Below, piece by piece: positions 11,692 through 22,800 of a stretch of 64,000 bases of DNA (its first letter is position 1; each line of letters starts with the position of its first letter). Source of the DNA: Rhynchopus sp. YZ270_cl-10 (lineage: Eukaryota). The stretch covers positions 1,240,001-1,304,000 of the forward strand of contig OZ037843.1 in assembly GCA_964035575.1 (NCBI GenBank), read 5' to 3'. The notes under the pieces are model-generated. The model saw only the letters and a list, made by a program, of their open reading frames with translations. It was not told the origin of the DNA and searched no databases. Made by a program: the position numbers and the translations under genes.

Positions 11692-12090
11692 GGTAGCGTG
11701 CTCATCAGTGTTCTCTCTTGGCTTTTGTGTGCACAGCAAAGGAGGTCTGTGAGGAGAGACCAGTTTTTTAGAAAACCGCAAGAACACATATTTTTCGTGT
11801 TCCTCGCTCCTCCCTCAACACACACACATTGGGGCCATATTCTGCGCAAGAATTACCCCTATTAGTTATCAAACACACTGCTATCAGTACTTCAGGTGAG
11901 ATACGTTTCGTCTGGATGGCTTTTCGTTTTATACCCCTCCTTTTGTTATACACCGCACTGCACCTCTCAGTGTCTGCTTGGTCCCCCCCAACCCACTTAA
12001 GACATGCCCTTCTCTATGATTTCCCATCGCCACAAGCTCCGATTCACCTTCCCCCCACCCCACCCCAGGTAACCAACAACTACACACACC

Positions 12091-14417
12091 ATGGCATCCC
12101 CTGCAAAGCTTGCGTCGGACCAGAAATGGGACCAGATGAAAGCTGCCATCGCCAACGGCTCAGACCCCAATGAGGTGAACAAACCGGATATGGGCTACAC
12201 CCCCTTGCTGTACGCCTGCTACCACAACGAGAACGACGTGTTTTCGTGGCTCATACAGCACGGCGCCGACGTCAACATTTGCGACAACAACAAGAAGTGC
12301 GCGATGCACATCGCCGCCAAATACGGCTCCCCCGACTGCATCAGAACACTTCTGCTCAACGGCGCCATCACTAAGCAAAAGGACAAATTCAACCGACTCC
12401 CAGTAGACCTCGTCTCCGACCGCCGTGGGGCTGCCAAGACGGTATCTCAAGAGGCGCTGGACGAAGTAAAACAGGTAATCGACACATGGGAAGAGGGGAA
12501 ACTGCCTGCCGCGTTCAACAACGGCACCCTTCAGGACCTTGCAGCCCAAGAAGGGGTGGTGGGGGACGAAGCGGCAGCGTTGCTGAGGGTGATAGGTGGG
12601 GGTGTGTCGAGGAAGAAGGTTCTGCCGAATCCTGCGGTGCATCCTGTGGCGCACGCAGCCAAGCAGGAGTGGGGACATATGAAGAACGCCATCATGGAAG
12701 GAGGCGACCCTAATGAGAAGGAGCTGAGCGACAGCATGCAGTACACACCGCTCATGTACGCGGCCTATCACGATAGCGCCGACAGCTTTGCCTGGCTGGT
12801 CCAGAGCGGCGCCGCCATCTCCTGCTGTGACACCAACCGCAAAAACGCTCTCCACGTTGCTGCAAAGTACGGCTCCCCAAACGTCGTTCGCCTTCTCCTC
12901 ATAGAAGGTGTAGACCCAGACCAAAAGGACAAATTCGGTCGGGTACCTCGCGAATTACTGAAAGACAGACGGGGCACTACAAAAGAAGTGACTGCAGTAC
13001 AATTAAACAAAGTGGACCAGGTGTTCGAACTGTGGCCCCAGGTGAAACCCTTTTGGGAGGCCGGCACCTTAGAGGCTGGGCTGGACAAAGGAGGCGATCT
13101 TGCTGAGGAAGTTGGAGCGTACATTGCATTGCTGAACCCTAAGAGCTCACAGACAGCACAGCCTCCAGCAGGCCCTTCTGCGGCTGCTCCCGCACCTAGC
13201 GCAGAAGCGCCCAAAGGCAGCACAGCCGCCAATGTAGAGGAGGACCTTGGAGAAGGGAGTGATGTGTTCATGAGCTACTGCTGGGCACAGAAGGATGTGG
13301 TCCGCCCCTTGGCTGCGTTGCTGCAGAAGGCAGGGATCAAGGTGTGGCTGGATGTACAGCAGATGAAGTCGGGGGAGTCGCTCTTTGAGGAGATCGACAA
13401 AGGGCTGCGCAACACTGCCCTGATGCTGTCCTGCATCTCCCAGGAGTACTCCCGGTCGGTGAACTGCAGGCGAGAGGTGGTCTTAGCTACCGAACTCAAG
13501 AAGCCCATCCTCCCTCTTATCGTCGACCAATCCCAATTCAAACACTGGCCACCTACCGGGCCAATGGGGCCCCTCCTCTCAGGCAAATTGTACGTCGACC
13601 TGAAACAGCCCCAATGCTTGACTCAGGTCTCAGAAGGAATGCAAAACCAAGCCACCACCCTGGGCACCCGATTGCAACAAGCCCTGCCAAATTGGCCTAC
13701 TACCCCATGGGTGGACGATACCGGGGCAGTTCCTGAGTGTGAGGTGCTGGCGCGACCGGACGACGCTGCAGATATCTTTATTAGCTATTCATGGGCGAAT
13801 AAAGGCATTGTGCGCCCCTTTGCAGCATGGCTCAAACAGCAGGGCCATAGGATATGGCTCGACATCGAACAGATGATGGGTGGCAACTCTCTTTTCGAGA
13901 AAATCGATCTCGGCGTCCGCCATGCCCACGTCGTCATCGCATTCGTCTCGCCAGAGTACGCCATCTCTCTCAACTGCCGCATCTCAACTGCCGCAGAGAG
14001 TTCCAACTAGCAAACGACGTCCGCAAACCAGTAATCCCCGTCAACGTCGGGGACACATGGCCCCCCAGTGGCCCCTTAGGTCCCCTCCTTGCCGGGCAAT
14101 TGTATGTTCCCTGCAGCGGCGAAGGTGGCTTCCAAGATATTCTCGATGCAGTCCTCCCCGCTCTGCCTGAGGCAGTGAAAGGGGGAGGAGGGAAAGGAGG
14201 GACAGTCTCTGCGGGTAGCCCGTCGGAAGGGGGGCCTGCGCCGATGTCAACAGCGGAGTGGCTTGGGCTTGTGGATGTGGTAAAAGGACTCAAAAAGAAG
14301 CTCGATGAGCAAGAGGAGAAGGATCTGATCATGGTCCCAAAGCAGCAGTGGGACGGGTTGAATGCAAAGGTGGCGGAGCTGACGAGCCAAGTGGAGGCAC
14401 TGAAGGGGGCATCGTGA
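12091..14417 (+). CDS. Ankyrin-repeat / tandem TIR (TIR_2-like) / coiled-coil protein, frameshifted by a 14-bp tandem duplication (770 aa if restored)
   Basis: Two ankyrin blocks (GYTPLLYAC..GADVN; YTPLMYAA..NALHVAAKYG) and two TIR domains (DVFMSYCW..VWLDV..SQEYSRSVNCRRE; DIFISYSW..IWLDI..SPEYAISLNCRRE). TCTCAACTGCCGCA is duplicated at 13968-13981 and 13982-13995. Confidence 0.88.
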
Positions 14418-14966
14418 ACAAAGGGCTGTCATTCTCTCTCAATGCCGAAAACGAAAAACATTTGAACAAAAAAAGGGGGGCAAAAGAAGACAACAAAAGA
14501 CAGTGTCTGCTGACTGGATCGGCTGTAAGAGCACATTTGACTTCCGTCATTTTTAGAAAAAAAAAATATGTTGTGGAGAGTATTCAAATGTTGTCCTCTG
14601 TGTTCACCTCATTTCTGTGCTTCATTATTGAGCAACAGATTTTTCTTTTGTGTGGAAGCGTCAAACGCATCAAACAACTACAAAGAAGGGGTGAGGGAAC
14701 GACAATGTGACACTTTTCGACATTCATTTCTAGAGAGGTTTTGGGGGGTGGGAAAAAAACCCCCCCTCACGTGACGTGGGTAGCGTACCAACTAAACAAC
14801 AGATGCATAGGAGGGTATTCAGATTTCCCGTTTTTCCCTTTGTCTTTGCCACTTTTATCTCCTTTGTGATATAAATTCAAGCCTGATTTTTTGTTTTTGT
14901 CTGTAAAAACTCGTGACATAATCTAGGCTTTACGTCACACAATTTTGGCTTGGGGGAGGTGGGATC

Positions 14967-15128
14967 ACCAACTACCAACTACCAACTACCAACTACCAAC
15001 TACCAACTACCAACTACCAACTACCAACTACCAACTACCAACTACCAACTACCAACTACCAACTACCAACTACCAACTACCAACTACCAACTACCAACTA
15101 CCAACTACCAACTACCAACTACCAACTA
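14967..15128. repeat. (ACCAACT)n heptamer microsatellite, ~23 units
   Basis: Direct reading of a perfect tandem array. Confidence 0.97.
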
Positions 15129-16567
15129 AACGAACGACGAATACAGTGGTCGCGCTAATTATGGGAAAAAATGGGGAAAAAATGGATTTCGGGTACGGAA
15201 AAACGTTCCTTGAAAAGGTTAGCTGGGGAGGCCCGGAAACCCCGTTTTGTGGCATTTCCGGGCCAATCCCGGCTTGTGGTGGGGTATATACGGAAAAATG
15301 GACAAAATTTTAGTGACTTAAATTTTCGCAAAATATGAACCCATACTCGTAAACAAGGGTCATTTTCAGGAAAATTCGGAAAATTCCGAGATTTGGAAGC
15401 AATTTTTCTCCTGAAAATCAGTGGGTTTTCAGCCCCAAAACATACCGCGATTGGAATTTCCGGAATCCGTCCGCACTGTGGTGGGGTCACTTTGCCGAAA
15501 TGGCCAATTTTTTGGTTTTGGTCAAAATCCATGTGGGTAAAGAGGGCCAAGGTAAATCCCACAACCAGATTTTCTCTCCCTGATCCTGACGTCTTGCAAC
15601 ATGAAAATGCGCGAAAACACCGGCATTTGCATTTCCGGAATTCGTCCGTTCTGTGGTGGGGTCAATTTGCCGAAATGGACAAGTCCTTGGTTTTGGTCAA
15701 AACCCGTCAGTGTAAGGTAAAGGGGGCCAAGTGTTTGCCTGTAGAAACTGGTAGGAACAGGCAGCGCCGCAGGCGCACGGTAACCAACTTTTTTTTTTTT
15801 TTCCTTTTCTTTTTTCTCCTCTTTCTTTTGACTTTCCGAGCCAATTGCGTTCCACGGCGGGGTCACATGTATATGCAAGTCCACTATGTGGTGGTCTTAC
15901 TCAACAATATTAGAACTTCTGGTTTCTTAATGAAATCCCCGTACTGCAAAAAAAAAACGTTCCTACCAAAACCCCCAAAAATCCCGGGATGAGGGATGGA
16001 CTTTAGCGCGAGCCCTGGACGAATAGGGGGGTTTTTTTTTTATTATTTTTCTCACAGATTTCGCACCTGCGAATCTGTGAGAAAAATAATAAATCTGTGC
16101 GATTTACGCTTCTTCTTTTTTATGCGATTTCACACCCAAAATCGCACCCTTGGGAAAGGCTTCTTTTTTTTTCCCTCTTCAGTTTTTGATTAATATTGTT
16201 CCTTTTGTATATTTTTATGCAACGTAATGCATTGGGGTGGGGCAAGATGGAAAAGCAAGGACGAAAAAAAGTGACGCAATAACACTACTAAGCGCAAGAC
16301 TTAGGGCGATTGTCCACACAACAACAAAACCCTCCAAAAAACCAACCACAAAAACCTTTTTCAACTCTCTCATTCAAACGATCCCTCCCTCCCTCCCTCC
16401 CTGCCTGCCTCCCTCGCACCTCCCAAAAAAAGCACCTCACACATCGCTTTGGTTAAGGATCTAAAAAGCTAAACAAACACAAAATAGCAAAAACAAAGAG
16501 TACAAAACATAACAAAAAAAACATTTTTCAAACATCCCACAGAACCTTCCGAACACACAACCCCCCG

Positions 16568-17500
16568 ATGCATTCCCTACCCATAACCCTCTCCTTCATC
16601 CCTCTTCTCCTCGTCTCCTCTTCATCTGCTGATCCCTTGGACAATGCCTGCACCACCTGCACAGATCCTTTCTCTTGCGCAAGCCACAGTAGCGCGTGCC
16701 CGAAGGACACACCGTTCTGTATACGACATGGGAACGACTGTATCTGTAAGGACAATGGTATAGGCACCAGTGGCCACGTTGTGTATCAGTTCGATACGGC
16801 CGCGGCCCCGCTCTGGGATGAGATGCAGTACGGTGTGCGTTGGATTGAAATGCCGCTGAAAGGGTTCAACTGTTATGCATCAACGCAGATGTGGTGGGCT
16901 GGGGCTGGTGGATACATGGGGTCACAGTTTCATTCTGACGGAACGCAGATGATTGACTTTGCAATTTGGGACCACAACTCTACCATAAAAAATTGCCACC
17001 CCATGGGAAACTGCACCCGCTTCGGTGGAGAAGGGGAAGGGGCACATTGCGAGACCGTGCTTCCTCTTTCAGTTAACACATCGTACTCATTTAAGGTGCA
17101 CCAAACGGGAGCAAACGCGACGGGTGTGATGTGGGGCATCACCTTCACCGACGATGCGTCGGGACACACCATTGACGGAGGATCACTCTTTTGGGATGAA
17201 TCGGAGGTGGGTGCAGGCAAGCTGGGCAAACTGCGTGCTGCTGCGCTGTCCTTTCAAGAGTACTACACAGGGGGTGATTTTAACGCTAGTGTGGCGTTTA
17301 CTGCGCCAGTTGGCACGGTGCGTGAAGGAGGGGACGTGAAGCACTACCCCGCGACGTCCGTCTCTTGTGGGGAGAACGATGAGCGCCACAACTGCTCCGC
17401 GTGTGTGCCCGGTGTAGGGTGTGGACCACCCAACGTGCTCCTGCAGGCAGGCGACGCAGTGCCTACACCCACCTCCGACTGGGAGGTGTGGAAGGTGTGA
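16568..17500 (+). CDS. Secreted protein (310 aa) with signal peptide, Cys-rich N-terminal module and DUF3472-like domain
   Basis: Hydrophobic leader (LSFIPLLLVSSSSA) and motifs GGYMGSQ..IDFAIWD..RFGGEGEGAHC..SFQEYY, which resemble the DUF3472 family. Intronless. Confidence 0.75.
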   Translation: MHSLPITLSFIPLLLVSSSSADPLDNACTTCTDPFSCASHSSACPKDTPFCIRHGNDCICKDNGIGTSGHVVYQFDTAAAPLWDEMQYGVRWIEMPLKGFNCYASTQMWWAGAGGYMGSQFHSDGTQMIDFAIWDHNSTIKNCHPMGNCTRFGGEGEGAHCETVLPLSVNTSYSFKVHQTGANATGVMWGITFTDDASGHTIDGGSLFWDESEVGAGKLGKLRAAALSFQEYYTGGDFNASVAFTAPVGTVREGGDVKHYPATSVSCGENDERHNCSACVPGVGCGPPNVLLQAGDAVPTPTSDWEVWKV

Positions 17501-18377
17501 TGAGGAGGTCCCATGAATTTTTTTTTCAAAAAAAAGAAGGAAAAAAAAAAAGAAAATGGACGGAGTTCACAGTGACCAGGTGGCCCCGGGAAAATATTGC
17601 TATTTTCCGTAATATGCGAAGAGTGGTAGGCCTTTTTATCGACGCAAAATATTACATTAGTTAGCACGTTTACCCGGGGTATATGGCCATCGTGTTCGAA
17701 AACCACATCCCCTCTCTACCCCGTATTTTCCAAGGTGATCAAGCATGAGAGGCTTAGGGTCATCTTATAAACTTTTCTTTTTTTTTGGTGTTACGGGGGC
17801 AACTGTCACGGACATGTCAATATAGGGGGGGTGTCATTTTATACTTTGTAGGGCGATTTTTGTGTATTTACGTATGTACTCAGAACTTGTCCATTTTGGC
17901 AAAGTGACCCCACTACTGGACGGACGGAATCCGGAACACCATTCTTTTTGTGTGTATTTTTATTTTATTTTATCGAGTGTCTACACGTTATTTGTAATGC
18001 AGTGATTTCTTATGCAAAACGTACGGTGCGTTGTTTCATAAATCAGGTGTGAATAGTTCCCACGGCACATTGCCTATTTGTGTGTATTCACATGTGAGAC
18101 GTCTTCATTTCTTCCAATATTTTCTTTTTCATTTGACCACAAAAGTGGTAGCAGCCGGCTTGCGGCCGTATTGCACGCGGCCCGTTTTTTGGGTTAATTA
18201 TGTCCCCGATTTTTCTAATGTGATCTTTTCTTGGATGAGTGGGCACAGCTGGCTCGCTTTGGTACTATTCAGGTTTCCAGAATATTTTTTTTTTTGTGTG
18301 TGTGTCTGCTGTTCATTTTCCGAGCACGGTCCAGAGAGGTTTGTCTGGCTAGTGAGCGTGTCTCTTCGTTTTTTTTT

Positions 18378-18905
18378 TTTTCAACTTACCTTCCTTCACC
18401 CCCCCCTGTAAGGGCAACCGTAGGTGAAGTAAGGTATAGTATTGAAATCGATGTGGGGGGGGAGTAAAGGGTCAATTTTACAAAACCAGATTTTGAGGAA
18501 AATTTTAGCCGAAAATGGGCCCCACGTATAAGCAACCGGGCTCATATTTCTCAAAATTTAAGTGGTCAAAAAATTGTCCAATTTTCGAGATTGACCCCAC
18601 CACTGCACGGGCGGAGCCCAAAAATGCAAATAAGGACCCTTTTTCAACTTACCTTCCTTCACCCCCCCCTGTAAGGGCAACCGTAGGTGAAGTAAGGTAT
18701 AGTATTGAAATCGATGTGGGGGGGGAGTAAAGGGTCAATTTTACAAAACCAGATTTTGAGGAAAATTTTAGCCGAAAATGGGCCCCACGTATAAGCAACC
18801 GGGCTCATATTTCTCAAAATTTAAGTGGTCAAAAAATTGTCCAATTTTCGAGATTGACCCCACCACTGCACGGGCGGAGCCCAAAAATGCAAATAAGGAC
18901 CCTTT
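18378..18905. repeat. Exact-looking tandem duplication, 263-bp period
   Basis: TTTTCAACTTACCTTCCTTCACCCCCCCTGTAAGGGC...AATAAGGACCCTTTTT at 18378 and again at 18641. A related sequence lies inverted at ~43770-43960. Confidence 0.9.
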
Positions 18906-19011
18906 TTAATTTGTTCTCTTGAAATGTATAATTTCATGTTTTCGCGAAAAAATAACGACTGATCCCACAAGGGTTGAAGGAAGGTGGTTGAAAACAACAA
19001 TAACAACAAGG

Positions 19012-19449
19012 ACAAGTAATTGCTAAGAAAAAAACGGGGTGTGCTGTGGAAAACCCCGCGCGATTTTCGAAACCACCGTAGCATCCTGGCGATTTGCTGG
19101 AGGTGCTGATGTGCCTGGTGTGATCGATGTGTTGTAGTCTGTGCATTCTGTGCTTCTTCCGCACTCCAACGACGACGACAATGTGGGGAGCCTGTGGACA
19201 AAAACGAGCTGGAACACGCCGAGCCTACCGAGCCGACGTCCAACAACGCTATCGAGCAGATGGTGCTGGACGGAGAGGACAGCGCCCCTTCTTGAACGTT
19301 TCAGATGCTGGCGTCCCAGTGGATCTGGCAGCGTACGAAGAGCGTTAACATACCTGCAGAAGAGCAGAATGCTGGACGTGCTGTAGATTATTTCTACAGG
19401 ATGGAGTTCCACATCACACCCCGTTTTTTTTCCGATAGCAATTACTTGT
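19012..19449 (+). mobile_element. TIR-bounded element with a degenerate coding-like interior; inverted paralog at ~43116-43577, fragment at ~37850-38070
   Basis: TIRs ACAAGTAATTGCTA..GAAAAAAACGGGGTGTGCTGTGGAA / TTCCACAtCACACCCCGTTTTTTTTCCGATAGCAATTACTTGT. The interior reads TSNNAIEQMVLD..DAG.P..EER..IPAEEQNAG in both copies. Confidence 0.7.
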
Positions 19450-19719
19450 TTTTTGTATTTTTCAATTTTTTGGCAAGAATTGTACGCCCCGTTACTGCTT
19501 TTGAGAGCTTCTGGACAGCACCCCAGATCGGAATTATTGGTGAAACTCCACGATTCCCCACTGGCAACCAGTCGCTACTTTTTAGTTTAAGAAAGCCACC
19601 CCATTGTCCCATGCCCTGTTCCCCGATATAAAAAAGCAAAATATATGCACAGCCAAACGGCTGTGTCCAACGTTGTTGCATGTTCCCCAAGATCCTCGCA
19701 GATCGCCACACCCTATTCG

Positions 19720-19802
19720 TTGCCTTGTCTTGCATCCTGTCTGTCACACCACACCACACACACATCCAGACACTCTCTTCCCTTTCTGTACACCTCAGAA
19801 CA
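19720..19802 (+). promoter_or_regulatory. Conserved polypyrimidine tract + AG (putative trans-splice/3' acceptor) 4 nt before the ATG of every receptor cyclase gene (also ~23005-23039, 33496-33530, 38096-38130, 59130-59164)
   Basis: Identical CCAGACACTCTCTTCCCTTTCTGTACACCTCAG|AACAATG in all five paralogs. Confidence 0.6.
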
Positions 19803-22800
19803 ATGGTGTCATGCGGGATCCAGTCGCTGACAGTGCTGCTGTGTGTGGTGCTGATTCTGTCGACAGGTGCGATCATCGGTGGCTTCACTCTGTCAACATG
19901 GGACGACCTTCTGGAGAAGGCACGTGACACAGGTGACGAGGGCTTCGGGATGTGTCTCGACAGTGGTACGGCGGACATCGAAACGGTCTCGGCACGCTAC
20001 CTGCGATCTGTCCTTGGCAACGTGGACGCGGCAGTGAAGGAGTACCTGAAGATGCCTGAGCAGCTGATGATGTCTGTTGTCAACCTGGCACAGGCACACC
20101 ACCCAGACGTCAGCACGAGCCCTGCCTTTATCAAGAATATTGTGCGCCGTGCACTAATATCCTCTTTCAAGGCTGGTGCTGACGCTGGGCTTGCCTTCCT
20201 CGAATACGAAGCGTACCCGTGGAGTCCGGCACATCCTGTTCCGTGGAAAATGTCGGACGGGTACGCAGGGTGGGGCGCGCGGTCCAGGATAAGCCCATTG
20301 ACTACATTGGGAGGCATCCTGCCGACGAACGGCACGAAGGTTATCACGTTAATGGAACTGCTAGACCCGGTGACGCTGCAGCCAGGGCAATCGGACATGA
20401 TGGCCTATTCCGAAGTGAATGACGTGGGAGACTGGAAGTACCCCTCAGAGCCGTGCAACTTCCCAGACTACAGCAAAGGCGAGGTAAAGGGAATGTGCTT
20501 CTATCCCGCAGCTACACTCGAGCCCCCGGGTTCCGAAACCTATCTCGCCCATCAACGCGGGCTCCACAACTTGGGTGCTGACGACCCACCCCTAAACCCT
20601 GTACATACGTTTGCCTACGCACCCGCGGTAGCACGTTGGTCAAGCATGTATTGGGATATTAGCTACACCTTCACCCACCCAGATATGTACACGATGTACC
20701 CCAAGCAGGGCAAGCGTGTGGGTACTGTCACGTCCTCCGCGACTACACAGGGGATATCCGACGTGGTGCGTGCACAGCTGCTCCCGGCCGGCACGTCGCT
20801 GTACCTGGTGGAGGACTCCTCAGGATCAGTGGGGACAGTTGTCGCGTACAACAGAGGACGGGAGCTGAGGATGGTACGAGAAATGAGCGCGATTGGCATC
20901 GTGTTAAACCTTGCATACAGCATCAACATAACGAACCACTCGATGGAAGACGCAACATCGCACATCCCCTCAGTGATTGCAGAGCACGGGCAGTTTGCGT
21001 TCAGACTCCCGCGGAACTACAGAGACCTTGTGGAGATGACAAAGGCCTCCTTCCTGAAGTGGTCTGACTCGAACGGCACAGAGTTCTGGACAATCACGTC
21101 GACAATTGAACGTGGAACGATCTTCTGGTATTCAACCCTTCTTGTGCCTCGGACGTCTGTGATGGATACGATTGATGCGTCGACGAATGCAATCCGTGCG
21201 AAGGTGGCATCAGATCTGTCCTCTGCAGACGCACAGAAGGAGGATGCGGTGACTGTGATGGCGATTGTGACGGCTGTTGCGGTGATAGGACTTCTTGCCA
21301 TTGCTGTTGTGTTCACACGCTACATCACGTCACCTCTACTGAAGCTTGGGAGAGAGATGGCAAATGTGGCTGTGATGGACCTGGAGGCTGTGGACACGGG
21401 CCGTGCAGTGTCGCAGCTGAGTGAAGTGGGGATGATGCAGCGCAGCTTTGTTACCATGGTGGCGAACCTGCAGAAGTACAAGAAGTTCCTCCCTGGTGCG
21501 CTCTTTGAGGAGAAGGAGCAGGACATTGTGCGGAACTCACGACCACCACCTGGCATCACGAGCGGGACAGCCACGTTGGTGTTCACAGACATCCGTTCCT
21601 CGACTTCGATCTGGGAGGCTGTGCCTCAGGGTATGTGTGAAGCACTGAAGATCCACAACAGAATCATCCGAGAAGCGATGGATGAGTTTGAAGGCTACGA
21701 AGTGAAGACAATCGGGGACGCGTTTATGGTTGCATTTGCGACGGTGCTTGACGGTGTGAACTTCGGGTTGCGTGTGCACGAGGCTCTCCGCAATGCAACG
21801 TGGCCTGCAGAGTTGCTGCATTTCAAACTCTGTGCCGACACAGGACCACTCTGGGGTGGGCTGACTGTGCGCATTGGTGTGAACGCCGGCCCTGTGACTG
21901 TGGAGAAGAACACACTTACGGGGCGGACAGACTACTTCGGACACACTGTGAACGTGGCCTCTCGCCTTGAGAGCACGTGCCAGCCAGGTGCTGTTGGACT
22001 GCGTCATGAGGTGTGGCAGGAGGAGTGTTCTGGGGTGTGCAGTGCTGCTGTGGGTGAGGTGAACAGGATTGAGCTGAAGGGTGTGTCTGGGAAGACACCC
22101 GTGTGCTGTGTGTGGCCTCCCTCGCTTGCTGGGCGTGTGACGAACCCGCTGACAGAGCGACGCCTGTCTGCCGGCTCCTCCTCGGTCCACACTACTGCAT
22201 CTTCTGTGGTGTCACACACCTCAATCAAGACCATGAGCTCCACGTCCACGATGTCTTTACCGGGAAGTGTGTCGACGTCTGGGCGTCTGGCAACGGTCGG
22301 TATTGTGCAGGTAGCTGTCGGGGACGAAGCCCACGTTTCAGCAATGCGCACAATGTCAACACACTTGATAACGTTGAAGTCGTGTCTCGACCGCAGTGGT
22401 GGGCGTATGGTGTCAGTCATCGGCAGTTTTGTGTGCATCGCGTGGAACCTGTCACACGCGGCCCCAGCACACGTTGAGAACTCACTGCGCTTTGTGCAGT
22501 ATCTGCACGGCACGTCTTCGGTACGTGTTGGTGGCCTTGTGACCGGCACAGTGCACCATGGCGACGTGAGTGCGAAGACGTTGCGCTTCGTGACTGTGTT
22601 GGGAGACGCTGTGCAGAAGTGCTGGTGTCTGTGCATAGAGGCGAAGAAGGAGGAGGTGTTCTTCCTGTACGAGCCACCTGTGGACACAGTACTGCCGCAG
22701 AACCTTGAGCGTGCGCTGTCACCACATAGGACTGGTGTGTATGTGGTGAAGCAGAAGCGGGACACGTCGCAGTTGGATCCAGTTGTGGACAACTATATGC

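Noticed and set aside
14967..15128. (ACCAACT)n as a telomeric repeat
   Set aside because: Internal, short and not the TTAGGG-type motif. It is treated as an ordinary microsatellite.
19680..19802. N-terminal extensions of the receptor ORFs in the ORF track (also 22842, 33108, 58940)
   Set aside because: They begin at non-conserved or non-ATG codons and cross the shared polypyrimidine-AG block. The conserved start is MVSCGIQ.
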